From: Acutalibacteraceae bacterium
GTDB lineage: Bacteria > Bacillota > Clostridia > Oscillospirales > Acutalibacteraceae
Reading direction: 5' to 3'
Assembly (NCBI GenBank): GCA_036309045.1
Contig: JAXJUM010000042.1
Coordinates: forward strand, 48,744 to 112,743
DNA length: 64,000 nt
Shown: positions 39,733 to 47,319 of the stretch, in pieces
Numbering within the stretch: position 1 is the first letter of the stretch
Layout: every line of letters starts with the position of its first letter
The notes under the pieces: model-generated
The model's input: only the letters and a program-made list of their open reading frames with translations
What the model was told of the DNA's origin: nothing
Databases searched by the model: none
Translations under genes and position numbers: made by a program

Positions 39733-40074
39733 ATGGACAATACTGGCAGAAAAAATTATATGAATTATTGGAATTTTTCTAAAGAAGAAAAAAATCAACT
39801 GATTGCACACCTAACAAAAGAACTTCCCACATTAAGGGGAGCCGCTAAAGCTACCCAGGATGAAATTGCGAATATAATTGGAGTATCCCGACAAACATAC
39901 AATGCAATTGAAATGCAAAAAAGAAAAATGAGTTGGAATACATATATGTCATTGATATTGTTTTTCGATTATAATCCCAATACGCATTATACAATTAGAC
40001 AATTGGATGTTTTTCCATATCAGTTAGATGAGTGCTGGCTGTCAGGTAAACTTGAACAGTATAACGGAGAATAA
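39733..40074 (+). CDS. HTH (XRE-like) regulator, first gene of the large locus
   Basis: Product carries ATQDEIANIIGVSRQTYNAIEMQKR. Confidence 0.6.
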   Translation: MDNTGRKNYMNYWNFSKEEKNQLIAHLTKELPTLRGAAKATQDEIANIIGVSRQTYNAIEMQKRKMSWNTYMSLILFFDYNPNTHYTIRQLDVFPYQLDECWLSGKLEQYNGE

Positions 40075-40077
40075 TTT

Positions 40078-40305
40078 ATGGGAATTGAAGTTATAAAAAA
40101 AGATATACAAATTTTCCAGTCTTCTATCAAAAATTTAAGTGCTGGAATAAGTCGTGCTTCATCCTTATGGAAGGATGAAAAATATTCTGAACTTTCAGCT
40201 TCGATAAGAGAAGTTGCTAATAATTCAAAAAATGTTATTGTTACTGGTGACAGGTGTTGCTCAACGGTAGATAAATTTATCAAAATAGCAGCAGAAAAAT
40301 ATTAG
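40078..40305 (+). CDS. WXG100-like small helical protein (W-K-D-x-K-Y family)
   Basis: 75 aa with a central SLWKDEKYSEL. It is a paralogue of 42753 and of the toxin N-terminal domains. Confidence 0.6.
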   Translation: MGIEVIKKDIQIFQSSIKNLSAGISRASSLWKDEKYSELSASIREVANNSKNVIVTGDRCCSTVDKFIKIAAEKY

Positions 40306-40316
40306 GAGGTCATAGT

Positions 40317-41063
40317 GTGGTTGATGTAACAACAGAAGCATTAGAAATGGTAAAAAATGCTTTAACGACCTTTCAATCCGATATAAATGGTTTATCTATG
40401 CGTGCAACTAATCAAGCTGAAAAAATTACAGAAGAATGTAAAAATCATATAAAACAAGCAAAAACTGAAATAGCTCAAATTGAAACACAAATTTCTGCAT
40501 TAAATAAACAAATTTCTGAATTAAACGAGAAGATTGAGCAGGCGACAAGTCAATATAATACTATACTTACAAGGATTCCTCAATTAGAGAATAATATACG
40601 TTCCATAAATTCGAGAATTTCAGTACTGAACTCGCAAATAGCCTCGTTAAGATCTCAACTTGCAAATACAGAAGATGATGATGAACGTCAACAAATACAA
40701 GAACAAATCAATGTGGTAAGTCATCAGGTTGCTCAATACGAATCAGAACGAAATCGGTTAGAAATTGAATTGCAAAATTCTGAGCAACAAAAGAACGAAC
40801 TTCAACAAACTATAAATTCAGCTAAGTCAAAAAAAGCTCAATGTGAAAGTGAATTGTCAGTTCAAAAGAATAGATGTAATAGAATGAAAGACAAGCTTGA
40901 ACGTTTAAAAACAACATTTAGTAGAGTTGAATTGGATTTGAATGCTTATGTTGTTGCTACCCAAAAATTCGAAAGAAATTCAAGTGTAGAAACTCAAAAC
41001 CACAATAATTCCATTGGTAAGTGCATAGATAGTATAGAACAATATTTATCTGCTTCGATTTAG
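40317..41063 (+). CDS. Coiled-coil protein (hypothetical)
   Basis: GTG start 7 nt after AGGAGG. 248 aa with Q/N/E-rich heptad-like sequence. Confidence 0.55.
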   Translation: MVDVTTEALEMVKNALTTFQSDINGLSMRATNQAEKITEECKNHIKQAKTEIAQIETQISALNKQISELNEKIEQATSQYNTILTRIPQLENNIRSINSRISVLNSQIASLRSQLANTEDDDERQQIQEQINVVSHQVAQYESERNRLEIELQNSEQQKNELQQTINSAKSKKAQCESELSVQKNRCNRMKDKLERLKTTFSRVELDLNAYVVATQKFERNSSVETQNHNNSIGKCIDSIEQYLSASI

Positions 41064-41110
41064 AGCGCCTTCGTTAATAATACAGTAATAGACAAAGGGG
41101 AATATATTAG

Positions 41111-42223
41111 GTGAATAAAGAAAAAAACACTTTTAGAAGCAATGATGCTTTTCCGCAATCAGTGAATAATCAGTTTTGGAACGATCTTAGAAAACAGGCT
41201 GCTAATAATTATATACCAATACATGGTCATTTTGAAATTACTCCTCGATGTAATCTGAATTGTAAGATGTGTTACGTACATTTGAATAATACTCAGATGG
41301 GTAAACTAAATGAATTACCATTTTTAAAATGGAAAGAAATCGTGGACCAAGCTATTCACATGGGAATGCTTTTTGCATCAATTTCAGGGGGAGAATGTTT
41401 AACTAGTCCATATTTTGATGAACTATATTTGTATTTGAAATCTAAAGGAATTATTGTCTTTGTTTTAACAAATGGAGTTTTGCTAGATAAAAAAATATCA
41501 TTGTTTGAAAAATATCCGCCTGCATTGATTCAGGTTTCTGTGTATGGTTATGATAAAGCTAGTTATATAGCGGTTACTGAAAAAGATGAATATGATAATG
41601 TTTCAAACTCTATCGAAAAAGCACATAAATTAGGATTGCCTATTAGTGTAGCTGTTACTGCAAGTAGATATTTACCATCTGTTTATGAAATAGTTAAAAA
41701 GTATTATGAAATCGGCATCGGTGTTACTGTAAATAGATGGATAATGCCTCCATACGAATCTACAGGTAGAAAATTTGGTGATATAAATCTATCTCCTGAT
41801 GAGCAGGTTAATATTTCAAAAGAAATACTTCAAGCAACAGAACAAGAATTAATACCTTGTCCAGTTGAACCTCTGCCAAAACCAATTATGTTTTTGAAAG
41901 ACAGAGCACCTAAAAAAGGATTACTTTGTGCTGCTGGAAGAAGTGATTTTAGTATAAATTGGAAAGGAGAAATGAGCTTATGTGTTTCTTTAAATACTCC
42001 TACAGGATACCCTTTGATAGATGGTTTTAAAAAAGCTTGGGAACAAACTGTAATAGCAAGTAAGGAATTCTTAATGCCAGTTGAGTGTTATGAGTGTAAA
42101 TACTTAAAAGTATGCAATCGCTGTCCGGCACAACATTTAATAAATAATCTACCCGGACATTGTAATCCAGCGGTGTGTGAAGAAGGCATACTGATGGTTA
42201 AAAACGGATTAGTTTCTTTATAA
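41111..42223 (+). CDS. Radical SAM enzyme with C-terminal SPASM-like Cys cluster
   Basis: CNLNCKMC (CxxxCxxC) at about 41249-41272, and a C-terminal CYECKYLKVCNRCPAQ. Confidence 0.8.
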   Translation: MNKEKNTFRSNDAFPQSVNNQFWNDLRKQAANNYIPIHGHFEITPRCNLNCKMCYVHLNNTQMGKLNELPFLKWKEIVDQAIHMGMLFASISGGECLTSPYFDELYLYLKSKGIIVFVLTNGVLLDKKISLFEKYPPALIQVSVYGYDKASYIAVTEKDEYDNVSNSIEKAHKLGLPISVAVTASRYLPSVYEIVKKYYEIGIGVTVNRWIMPPYESTGRKFGDINLSPDEQVNISKEILQATEQELIPCPVEPLPKPIMFLKDRAPKKGLLCAAGRSDFSINWKGEMSLCVSLNTPTGYPLIDGFKKAWEQTVIASKEFLMPVECYECKYLKVCNRCPAQHLINNLPGHCNPAVCEEGILMVKNGLVSL

Positions 42224-42237
42224 AGGAGGTGTAAATT

Positions 42238-42354
42238 ATGTATGAAAAGCCTGTAGCTATCAAAGTGGATTTTACTTACGAGATAGCTTTCGCAAAGAAA
42301 TGTCACTTTGCAGATTACGGAGAGTGCTCTCCAAGTGAACAGCAGTATAAATGA
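42238..42354 (+). CDS. 38-aa candidate RiPP precursor peptide
   Basis: AAAGGAGG lies 8 nt upstream. Product MYEKPVAIKVDFTYEIAFAKKCHFADYGECSPSEQQYK. Followed by a hairpin. Below the ORF-track cutoff. Confidence 0.5.
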   Translation: MYEKPVAIKVDFTYEIAFAKKCHFADYGECSPSEQQYK

Positions 42355-42371
42355 TTGCTAAGTTAAAAAAT

Positions 42372-42401
42372 GAGCGGCAAACGCTCGTTAGTTTGTCGCT
42401 C
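42372..42401 (+). terminator. Hairpin (attenuator or partial terminator) after the precursor ORF
   Basis: 11-bp stem GAGCGGCAAAC/GTTTGTCGCTC (one G-U pair), 8-nt loop and a weak T-tract. Confidence 0.45.
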
Positions 42402-42423
42402 ACATTTTTAGGAGAGTTTGAGT

Positions 42424-42702
42424 ATGTGTAAATATTTCAATAGTGAAAATTATATTTGCAGACAATTAGTAGATAATATTTTACTTTTTCCTGTAAGTCA
42501 GGAAGTGAGTGACTTTCAGGGAGGCGTAATTTTAAATAGAGTATCCCATTTTGTGTGGAAGTTATTATCTGTTCCTTGTACAAAAGATGAGATTGTGAAT
42601 GCTGTATCTCAGGAGTTTAATGCGGATATAGCTATGGTAGAAACAGATATTGAAGAACTTTTAAACAGTTTTATAGAAATGAAAATTGTTAAAGTTGAAT
42701 AA
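42424..42702 (+). CDS. PqqD-family (RRE-type) peptide chaperone
   Basis: Product carries ILNRVSHFVWKLLSVPCTKDEIVNAVSQEFNADIAMVETDIEELLNSFIEMKIV. Confidence 0.65.
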   Translation: MCKYFNSENYICRQLVDNILLFPVSQEVSDFQGGVILNRVSHFVWKLLSVPCTKDEIVNAVSQEFNADIAMVETDIEELLNSFIEMKIVKVE

Positions 42703-42752
42703 AGTAAATCGAAGGGCACGTTACCCTAAATGATAAATAAGGAGGTCTATAA

Positions 42753-43034
42753 ATGGCAAATGGTGTATCTGTAGAGAGTGCAGCCATACAGGGCGGAATT
42801 GGATGTTGTAAAACATCAATTCATGAATTAGAGACTGCATCGAGGAATTTGCAAAGAAGCTATCAGCAAGCAGGTTCAGGAGGATGGAAAGACCAAAAGT
42901 ATGCTGCATTAGGTGGTATAGTTGAAGAATGTTGCAGTGCTTTAACAAAACCTATTTCCGAACTACAGGATTGTATGGTTAAACTGAATGATTTGCTTAA
43001 AGCAGTTGGCGATTACGAGCAAGTCAATTTATAA
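42753..43034 (+). CDS. WXG100-like small helical protein (W-K-D-x-K-Y family)
   Basis: 93 aa with a central GGWKDQKYAALGGIVEEC, ending YEQVNL just as the toxin N-domains end. Confidence 0.65.
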   Translation: MANGVSVESAAIQGGIGCCKTSIHELETASRNLQRSYQQAGSGGWKDQKYAALGGIVEECCSALTKPISELQDCMVKLNDLLKAVGDYEQVNL

Positions 43035-43049
43035 GGGAGGTAAAAAAGT

Positions 43050-43319
43050 ATGGCAGTAAAAGCTTCCCCTGAAACAATTAGGGAGATGAAAAAAGAGATT
43101 TCTAATACCATTCGAGATATTGAGAGAATCAGCAGTGGTATTAAGACAGGAATGTCAGCAACATCTAATTGGGATGATGCTAAAGCAGCTCAATTTAACA
43201 TGTTGATGCAACAGATTGCAAGGTTAACATCGACACCTATAGAAACGTTGAATGCAGCTTTACCGAAATTGGAAAAGTTAGCACAGTCATTAGATCAATA
43301 CAATAGAGTTAAATTCTAG
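43050..43319 (+). CDS. WXG100-like small helical protein (W-D-D variant)
   Basis: 89 aa with a central SNWDDAKAAQF. Confidence 0.55.
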   Translation: MAVKASPETIREMKKEISNTIRDIERISSGIKTGMSATSNWDDAKAAQFNMLMQQIARLTSTPIETLNAALPKLEKLAQSLDQYNRVKF

Positions 43320-43338
43320 ATTAAGGAGGAATTATAAA

Positions 43339-44259
43339 ATGGCTAATGAACAAAAGATAACAAATGGCGTGGATGCTATTCCTACATTTACCCCGCCGTC
43401 ATCAAATGAAAATCAAACTGGAGGAAAGAGCGATGCTATTCCTACTTTCACACCTCCAACCCCTACATTTACCCCACCACAGAATGTGAAACCACAATTT
43501 AATGGACCTGCATGCTATTATCACAAGGACGAGCCTGCTGTAGCTAAATGTGCTAGATGCGGTAAATTTATTTGCCAAGATTGTTTTGATAATTATGGTG
43601 TATCAAGTGGAGATTATGCTGGTAAAGCATTGTGTTATGACTGTTGTCAGCAAATTGTAGCAGCAAATGTCGTTGATTTAAAAAAGAACAAAAATAAGAT
43701 TATGTTTCAGTTTATTATATCGATTATTGGTATGGTTTTTGGTATGATAGTTGGTATAGCAAGTGGCGGTGGCTTTGCAGGTGCGGTTATTGGTATAGCT
43801 ATAGGCGGAGTTCTGTTGAGTGCAATAAAAGTATTTTTCTCTTTGGTATGGGATGTTATTAAGATTGCCTTTTCTGGTCAATTTGGTATATTAACGATCT
43901 TCTCAATCATTTTTAACATTATTGTTTTAATAATCAAATGCTTGATAACTACAATTTCTAACACTTTCTATTACATATCTTATTTAATTAAGACGTCGGG
44001 ATTTATTGCCTCTGATGAAGCAGCTTTAAGGCAAATGGCTGACTATATGGAATATACAATGATACGTAATCAAAATAGAGGCGTTGATCTTGAAACCCTT
44101 CTTAATCAAAAGAGCGAACTCGCCGACAACTCTTATGCTCGTATGGTTCAAGAAAAAGGTGAAGAAGGTGCAGAAGCAGCACTTAGAAATTGCGTTGCAA
44201 CAATTAATGAAAATGGTGAAATCATTAGAAACTTCAATATTGCAGGTAGAGCTGCTTAA
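43339..44259 (+). CDS. Membrane protein with N-terminal Cys-rich zinc-binding (B-box-like) module
   Basis: DAIPTFTPP occurs twice. CYYHKDEPAVAKCARCGKFICQDC...CYDCC is followed by 3-4 TM helices. Confidence 0.6.
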   Translation: MANEQKITNGVDAIPTFTPPSSNENQTGGKSDAIPTFTPPTPTFTPPQNVKPQFNGPACYYHKDEPAVAKCARCGKFICQDCFDNYGVSSGDYAGKALCYDCCQQIVAANVVDLKKNKNKIMFQFIISIIGMVFGMIVGIASGGGFAGAVIGIAIGGVLLSAIKVFFSLVWDVIKIAFSGQFGILTIFSIIFNIIVLIIKCLITTISNTFYYISYLIKTSGFIASDEAALRQMADYMEYTMIRNQNRGVDLETLLNQKSELADNSYARMVQEKGEEGAEAALRNCVATINENGEIIRNFNIAGRAA

Positions 44260-44314
44260 AATTTACAAAAGTTATATGAAATTAAAATACTTAATATAAA
44301 CAGGAGGATTAAAT

Positions 44315-44488
44315 ATGGATAACAATATAAATAGCGATGCAGTTGCAGCAAGAAGAAGAGCTTTGGCAGAAGCTTTGCGTACAGGTGAACCCGTTGTAGT
44401 AACCGCAAGTGGTGAAGTTGAAAAAAAGGATGATGCGGTAGACCAAGGCTTATCTGGTATTCAAGTTCCTGAGGGTAAATTAGCGTAA
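44315..44488 (+). CDS. 57-aa protein immediately upstream of the E2-like gene (candidate modifier or adaptor)
   Basis: CAGGAGGA RBS. Product MDNNINSDAVAARRRALAEALRTGEPVVVTASGEVEKKDDAVDQGLSGIQVPEGKLA. Below the ORF-track cutoff. Confidence 0.5.
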   Translation: MDNNINSDAVAARRRALAEALRTGEPVVVTASGEVEKKDDAVDQGLSGIQVPEGKLA

Positions 44489-44500
44489 GGAGGGAATACA

Positions 44501-45046
44501 ATGGCTTATTATTGGTATCAAAGCGACCCACAGCTGTACCAAATGGAAGTTGCAGCTATGAGGAAGTTTTTTCCATCATTCACCATAAATCAGCTCCAAG
44601 ATGGTTCAGGAAGATTGTACTGGAGAGGTAAAGTTCAACCTACAGGAGAAGGTGGTATGGTTTGGGATTTGATGTTGATTTACAAAAACACACATCCTAG
44701 AGCAGAAGGTTATGGTGGCTCTATCCAAATACTTCCTCTGCAACCTAGATTAAAAGATTTAGCTGACAATATAATGCCATCGATTCTGCAACAATATAAT
44801 AACAATATGGATACTTTGTATGCCAAAGGGTTGCAGTTAGGTCTTCCTCATGTATATCATGATAAGTTTGGACGTAATGAAGAATATTTTATTTGTAGTG
44901 CAGATCCTAAGTTTTTTAAAGCGGGACAAAATCAGTCTACTTCAGCAGCTTCAGCTTTGAGTTGGGCTTGCAAATGGATTATTCTTTGTGAGATGTGGTT
45001 GAATGGTGAAATCGGCGATGATGTCGCTTTAGAAGGTAACTATTAA
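44501..45046 (+). CDS. Prokaryotic E2 (UBC-fold)-like protein
   Basis: 181 aa. LPHVYHDKFGRNEEYFICSADP mirrors the HPN...C catalytic arrangement of E2s. Gene context is E2-JAB-E1. Confidence 0.55.
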   Translation: MAYYWYQSDPQLYQMEVAAMRKFFPSFTINQLQDGSGRLYWRGKVQPTGEGGMVWDLMLIYKNTHPRAEGYGGSIQILPLQPRLKDLADNIMPSILQQYNNNMDTLYAKGLQLGLPHVYHDKFGRNEEYFICSADPKFFKAGQNQSTSAASALSWACKWIILCEMWLNGEIGDDVALEGNY

Positions 45047-45047
45047 A

Positions 45048-46133
45048 ATGATTATACCTCCAAACTCTCTTGCAAAGCTAAAGGGAGTTTGGAGGTTTTG
45101 TTATAGGCTGGAGGTTTATCAAATGAGAGTAGTTTTTTCAAACAGAGCATACGCTTCTGTTTTAGCTGAAACAACTGAAAAGATTAAAACGGAAACCGGT
45201 GGTTTGTTTTTAGGAACGGTGCAGGATGATACTTGGTATATTATTGAAGCCATAGACCCCGGCCCAAAGTCAATTTTTCAAGTTGCATATTTTGAATATG
45301 ATCAAAAATATACCCAACACCTAATTAATAAAATTGCGAATCTGTATGATAGTCGACTGTCCTTAATTGGTTTATGGCATCGTCATCCCGGATCATTTGA
45401 TCAATTTTCATCAACAGATGATGGTACTAATGCTCAATATGCATCTATGAGAGAGGAAGGTGCAATTTCAGCTTTAGTAAACATTGATCCAAGTTTTAGA
45501 ATTACGATGTATCAGGTCGAAAGACCTTGCCGTTATAGAAAGATAGCATATGATGTTGGCGATAACCTTATTCCTGATAAGTTTTTGAGATTCAAAACAC
45601 CAGAAAGATATTATTCCATTATGAATAATATTCTTTATCCATCTACAACTGGAGGAGACGTGAATGACGGATACCACAAATCAGTTAGTTTGGCATCTTT
45701 TATGAAATTTATTCTGCCACAGATGAAAGATGACGAATGTACAGATGTTGAAACAAACAATTTACTTGGCGATGAATCTACACAAGAACAGCTTATTGAT
45801 GAAATTGTGGATGATTTGACATTTATGGCGGATACAATTGGTATTGAAACCGCTATGTCGCTTGATAACAATTACCTTACTGTTTATCAAGAAGCAATAG
45901 ATAAAACAACAAAGCTGTATTTTATGCTTTCCATTGTTAAACACGATATTATTCTTTCCTATGAAAATAAGTGCTACATATATCGCAAAGGATTATTTAT
46001 GGAAGCTTTCGGGAAAGCAAAAGCTGAGCAAGATAGAAAAGATAATAGTGAAAACAGAACAAAACATAGAAAAAAAGCAGGAGTCATTGATTCCGTTATT
46101 AAAATAATTAGATTTAACAGAAACGAGGAATAG
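45048..46133 (+). CDS. JAB/MPN (JAMM) metallopeptidase-domain protein
   Basis: Product carries AETTEK...GLWHRHPGSFDQFSSTD (E, HxH, S, D). An alternative start at 45123 follows GGAGG. Confidence 0.75.
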   Translation: MIIPPNSLAKLKGVWRFCYRLEVYQMRVVFSNRAYASVLAETTEKIKTETGGLFLGTVQDDTWYIIEAIDPGPKSIFQVAYFEYDQKYTQHLINKIANLYDSRLSLIGLWHRHPGSFDQFSSTDDGTNAQYASMREEGAISALVNIDPSFRITMYQVERPCRYRKIAYDVGDNLIPDKFLRFKTPERYYSIMNNILYPSTTGGDVNDGYHKSVSLASFMKFILPQMKDDECTDVETNNLLGDESTQEQLIDEIVDDLTFMADTIGIETAMSLDNNYLTVYQEAIDKTTKLYFMLSIVKHDIILSYENKCYIYRKGLFMEAFGKAKAEQDRKDNSENRTKHRKKAGVIDSVIKIIRFNRNEE

Positions 46134-46137
46134 TAAT

Positions 46138-47292
46138 ATGGGAATAAAAAGACCTAAAAATTTCTTCGGTGAGGATATACCGCTTACAGTTTTTATATCC
46201 GAAGAACAGCTCCACAATAGAGAGTGCGTAAAAGTTTTTGGTAAGTATTTTGAAGATACAGGAATTTTCAATGTGCTACCTTCTGAATTATTTGACAAAG
46301 GTAAATATCTGGGTGATGTTCTTCCTGAAGGTAGCTCACCTGCCGAAGACGGCTTCTGCGGTATAATTACCGAAGAGGGTATTGATTTTTATTGGAGTGG
46401 CGAAAAGATCGTAACCGAGTCTTATGGACTTTACCAAAGTATTTTTTCGAGAAATAAGGGGATTCTTGAAACCGATGTTATGAAGAAAAAATGTGCCGTA
46501 ATTATAGGTTGCGGTTCTGTTGGTAGCTTGGTTGCAATGGAATTAGCAAGAGCAGGCGTTGAAAAATATGTGCTGTGTGATGCGGATACTCTTGAGTACC
46601 ACAATGTGTGTCGTCATCAGTGCGGCATTGAGGATGTTGGAGATCTCAAAGTAAATGCACTTAAAAGAAAAATTCTTAATATCAATCCAAAAGCGAATGT
46701 AAAGACTTTTGGAGGTATCATTCAGAATATCCCTAAAGAAATTCTTGATGAAATGTGTACTCCATTTGAAACAATCTTTGTTGGTTGTGGAGATAATCGT
46801 GCGGCTGATGTTTACGCTAACAAAATTGCTGTTTATTTTGATGCTGCATTTATTTCGATTGGCTTTTGGGAAAGAGCTTATGCAGGAGAAATCTTCTACC
46901 ACATTCCCTATAAAAATATGCCGTGCTACCAGTGTGCATTAGGTAGCGGAGATATGTCAGGTCGTGTTGAGGCAAATCACCACGTTTATTCCAACCAAGA
47001 GAACATTGAAAATCTGAAATTCGAACCCGGCATTTCTGTTGATATAAACTTTATTACAAGCGTTGGTATTAAATTGATAATTGATATTCTTAATTCAACA
47101 AATGAAGGATATATTCCTCGCTTGCTTAATAACTTGAAACAGTACACCCTCATTTGTAATACGAGCGATCCTGCCATCGGTGGAGAAATGGTTGAAATCT
47201 TTAGCTATCCGTTACAAGTAACCACTTCACTCGTAGTTGGCTTCGGAAAAGACTGTAACGGTGAGTGCAATTATGAATTGGAAGAAAAGTAA
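46138..47292 (+). CDS. E1-like (ThiF/MoeB/HesA family) adenylating enzyme
   Basis: Product carries VIIGCGSVGSLVAMELARAGV...LCDADTLEYHNVCRHQ and a CYQC zinc motif. Confidence 0.75.
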   Translation: MGIKRPKNFFGEDIPLTVFISEEQLHNRECVKVFGKYFEDTGIFNVLPSELFDKGKYLGDVLPEGSSPAEDGFCGIITEEGIDFYWSGEKIVTESYGLYQSIFSRNKGILETDVMKKKCAVIIGCGSVGSLVAMELARAGVEKYVLCDADTLEYHNVCRHQCGIEDVGDLKVNALKRKILNINPKANVKTFGGIIQNIPKEILDEMCTPFETIFVGCGDNRAADVYANKIAVYFDAAFISIGFWERAYAGEIFYHIPYKNMPCYQCALGSGDMSGRVEANHHVYSNQENIENLKFEPGISVDINFITSVGIKLIIDILNSTNEGYIPRLLNNLKQYTLICNTSDPAIGGEMVEIFSYPLQVTTSLVVGFGKDCNGECNYELEEK

Positions 47293-47319
47293 TCCTATTC
47301 AGGAGAAAGGAAGGCGTTT

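Noticed and set aside
44315-44488. Calling the 57-aa protein a ubiquitin-like (beta-grasp) modifier outright
   Set aside because: It is too short, its N-terminal third looks helical or disordered, and it has no C-terminal Gly-Gly. It is kept only as a candidate partner of the E2/JAB/E1 trio.
44256-44531. 91-aa minus-strand ORF across the 57-aa gene and the E2 start
   Set aside because: It is antisense to two RBS-preceded + strand ORFs in a tightly coupled operon.
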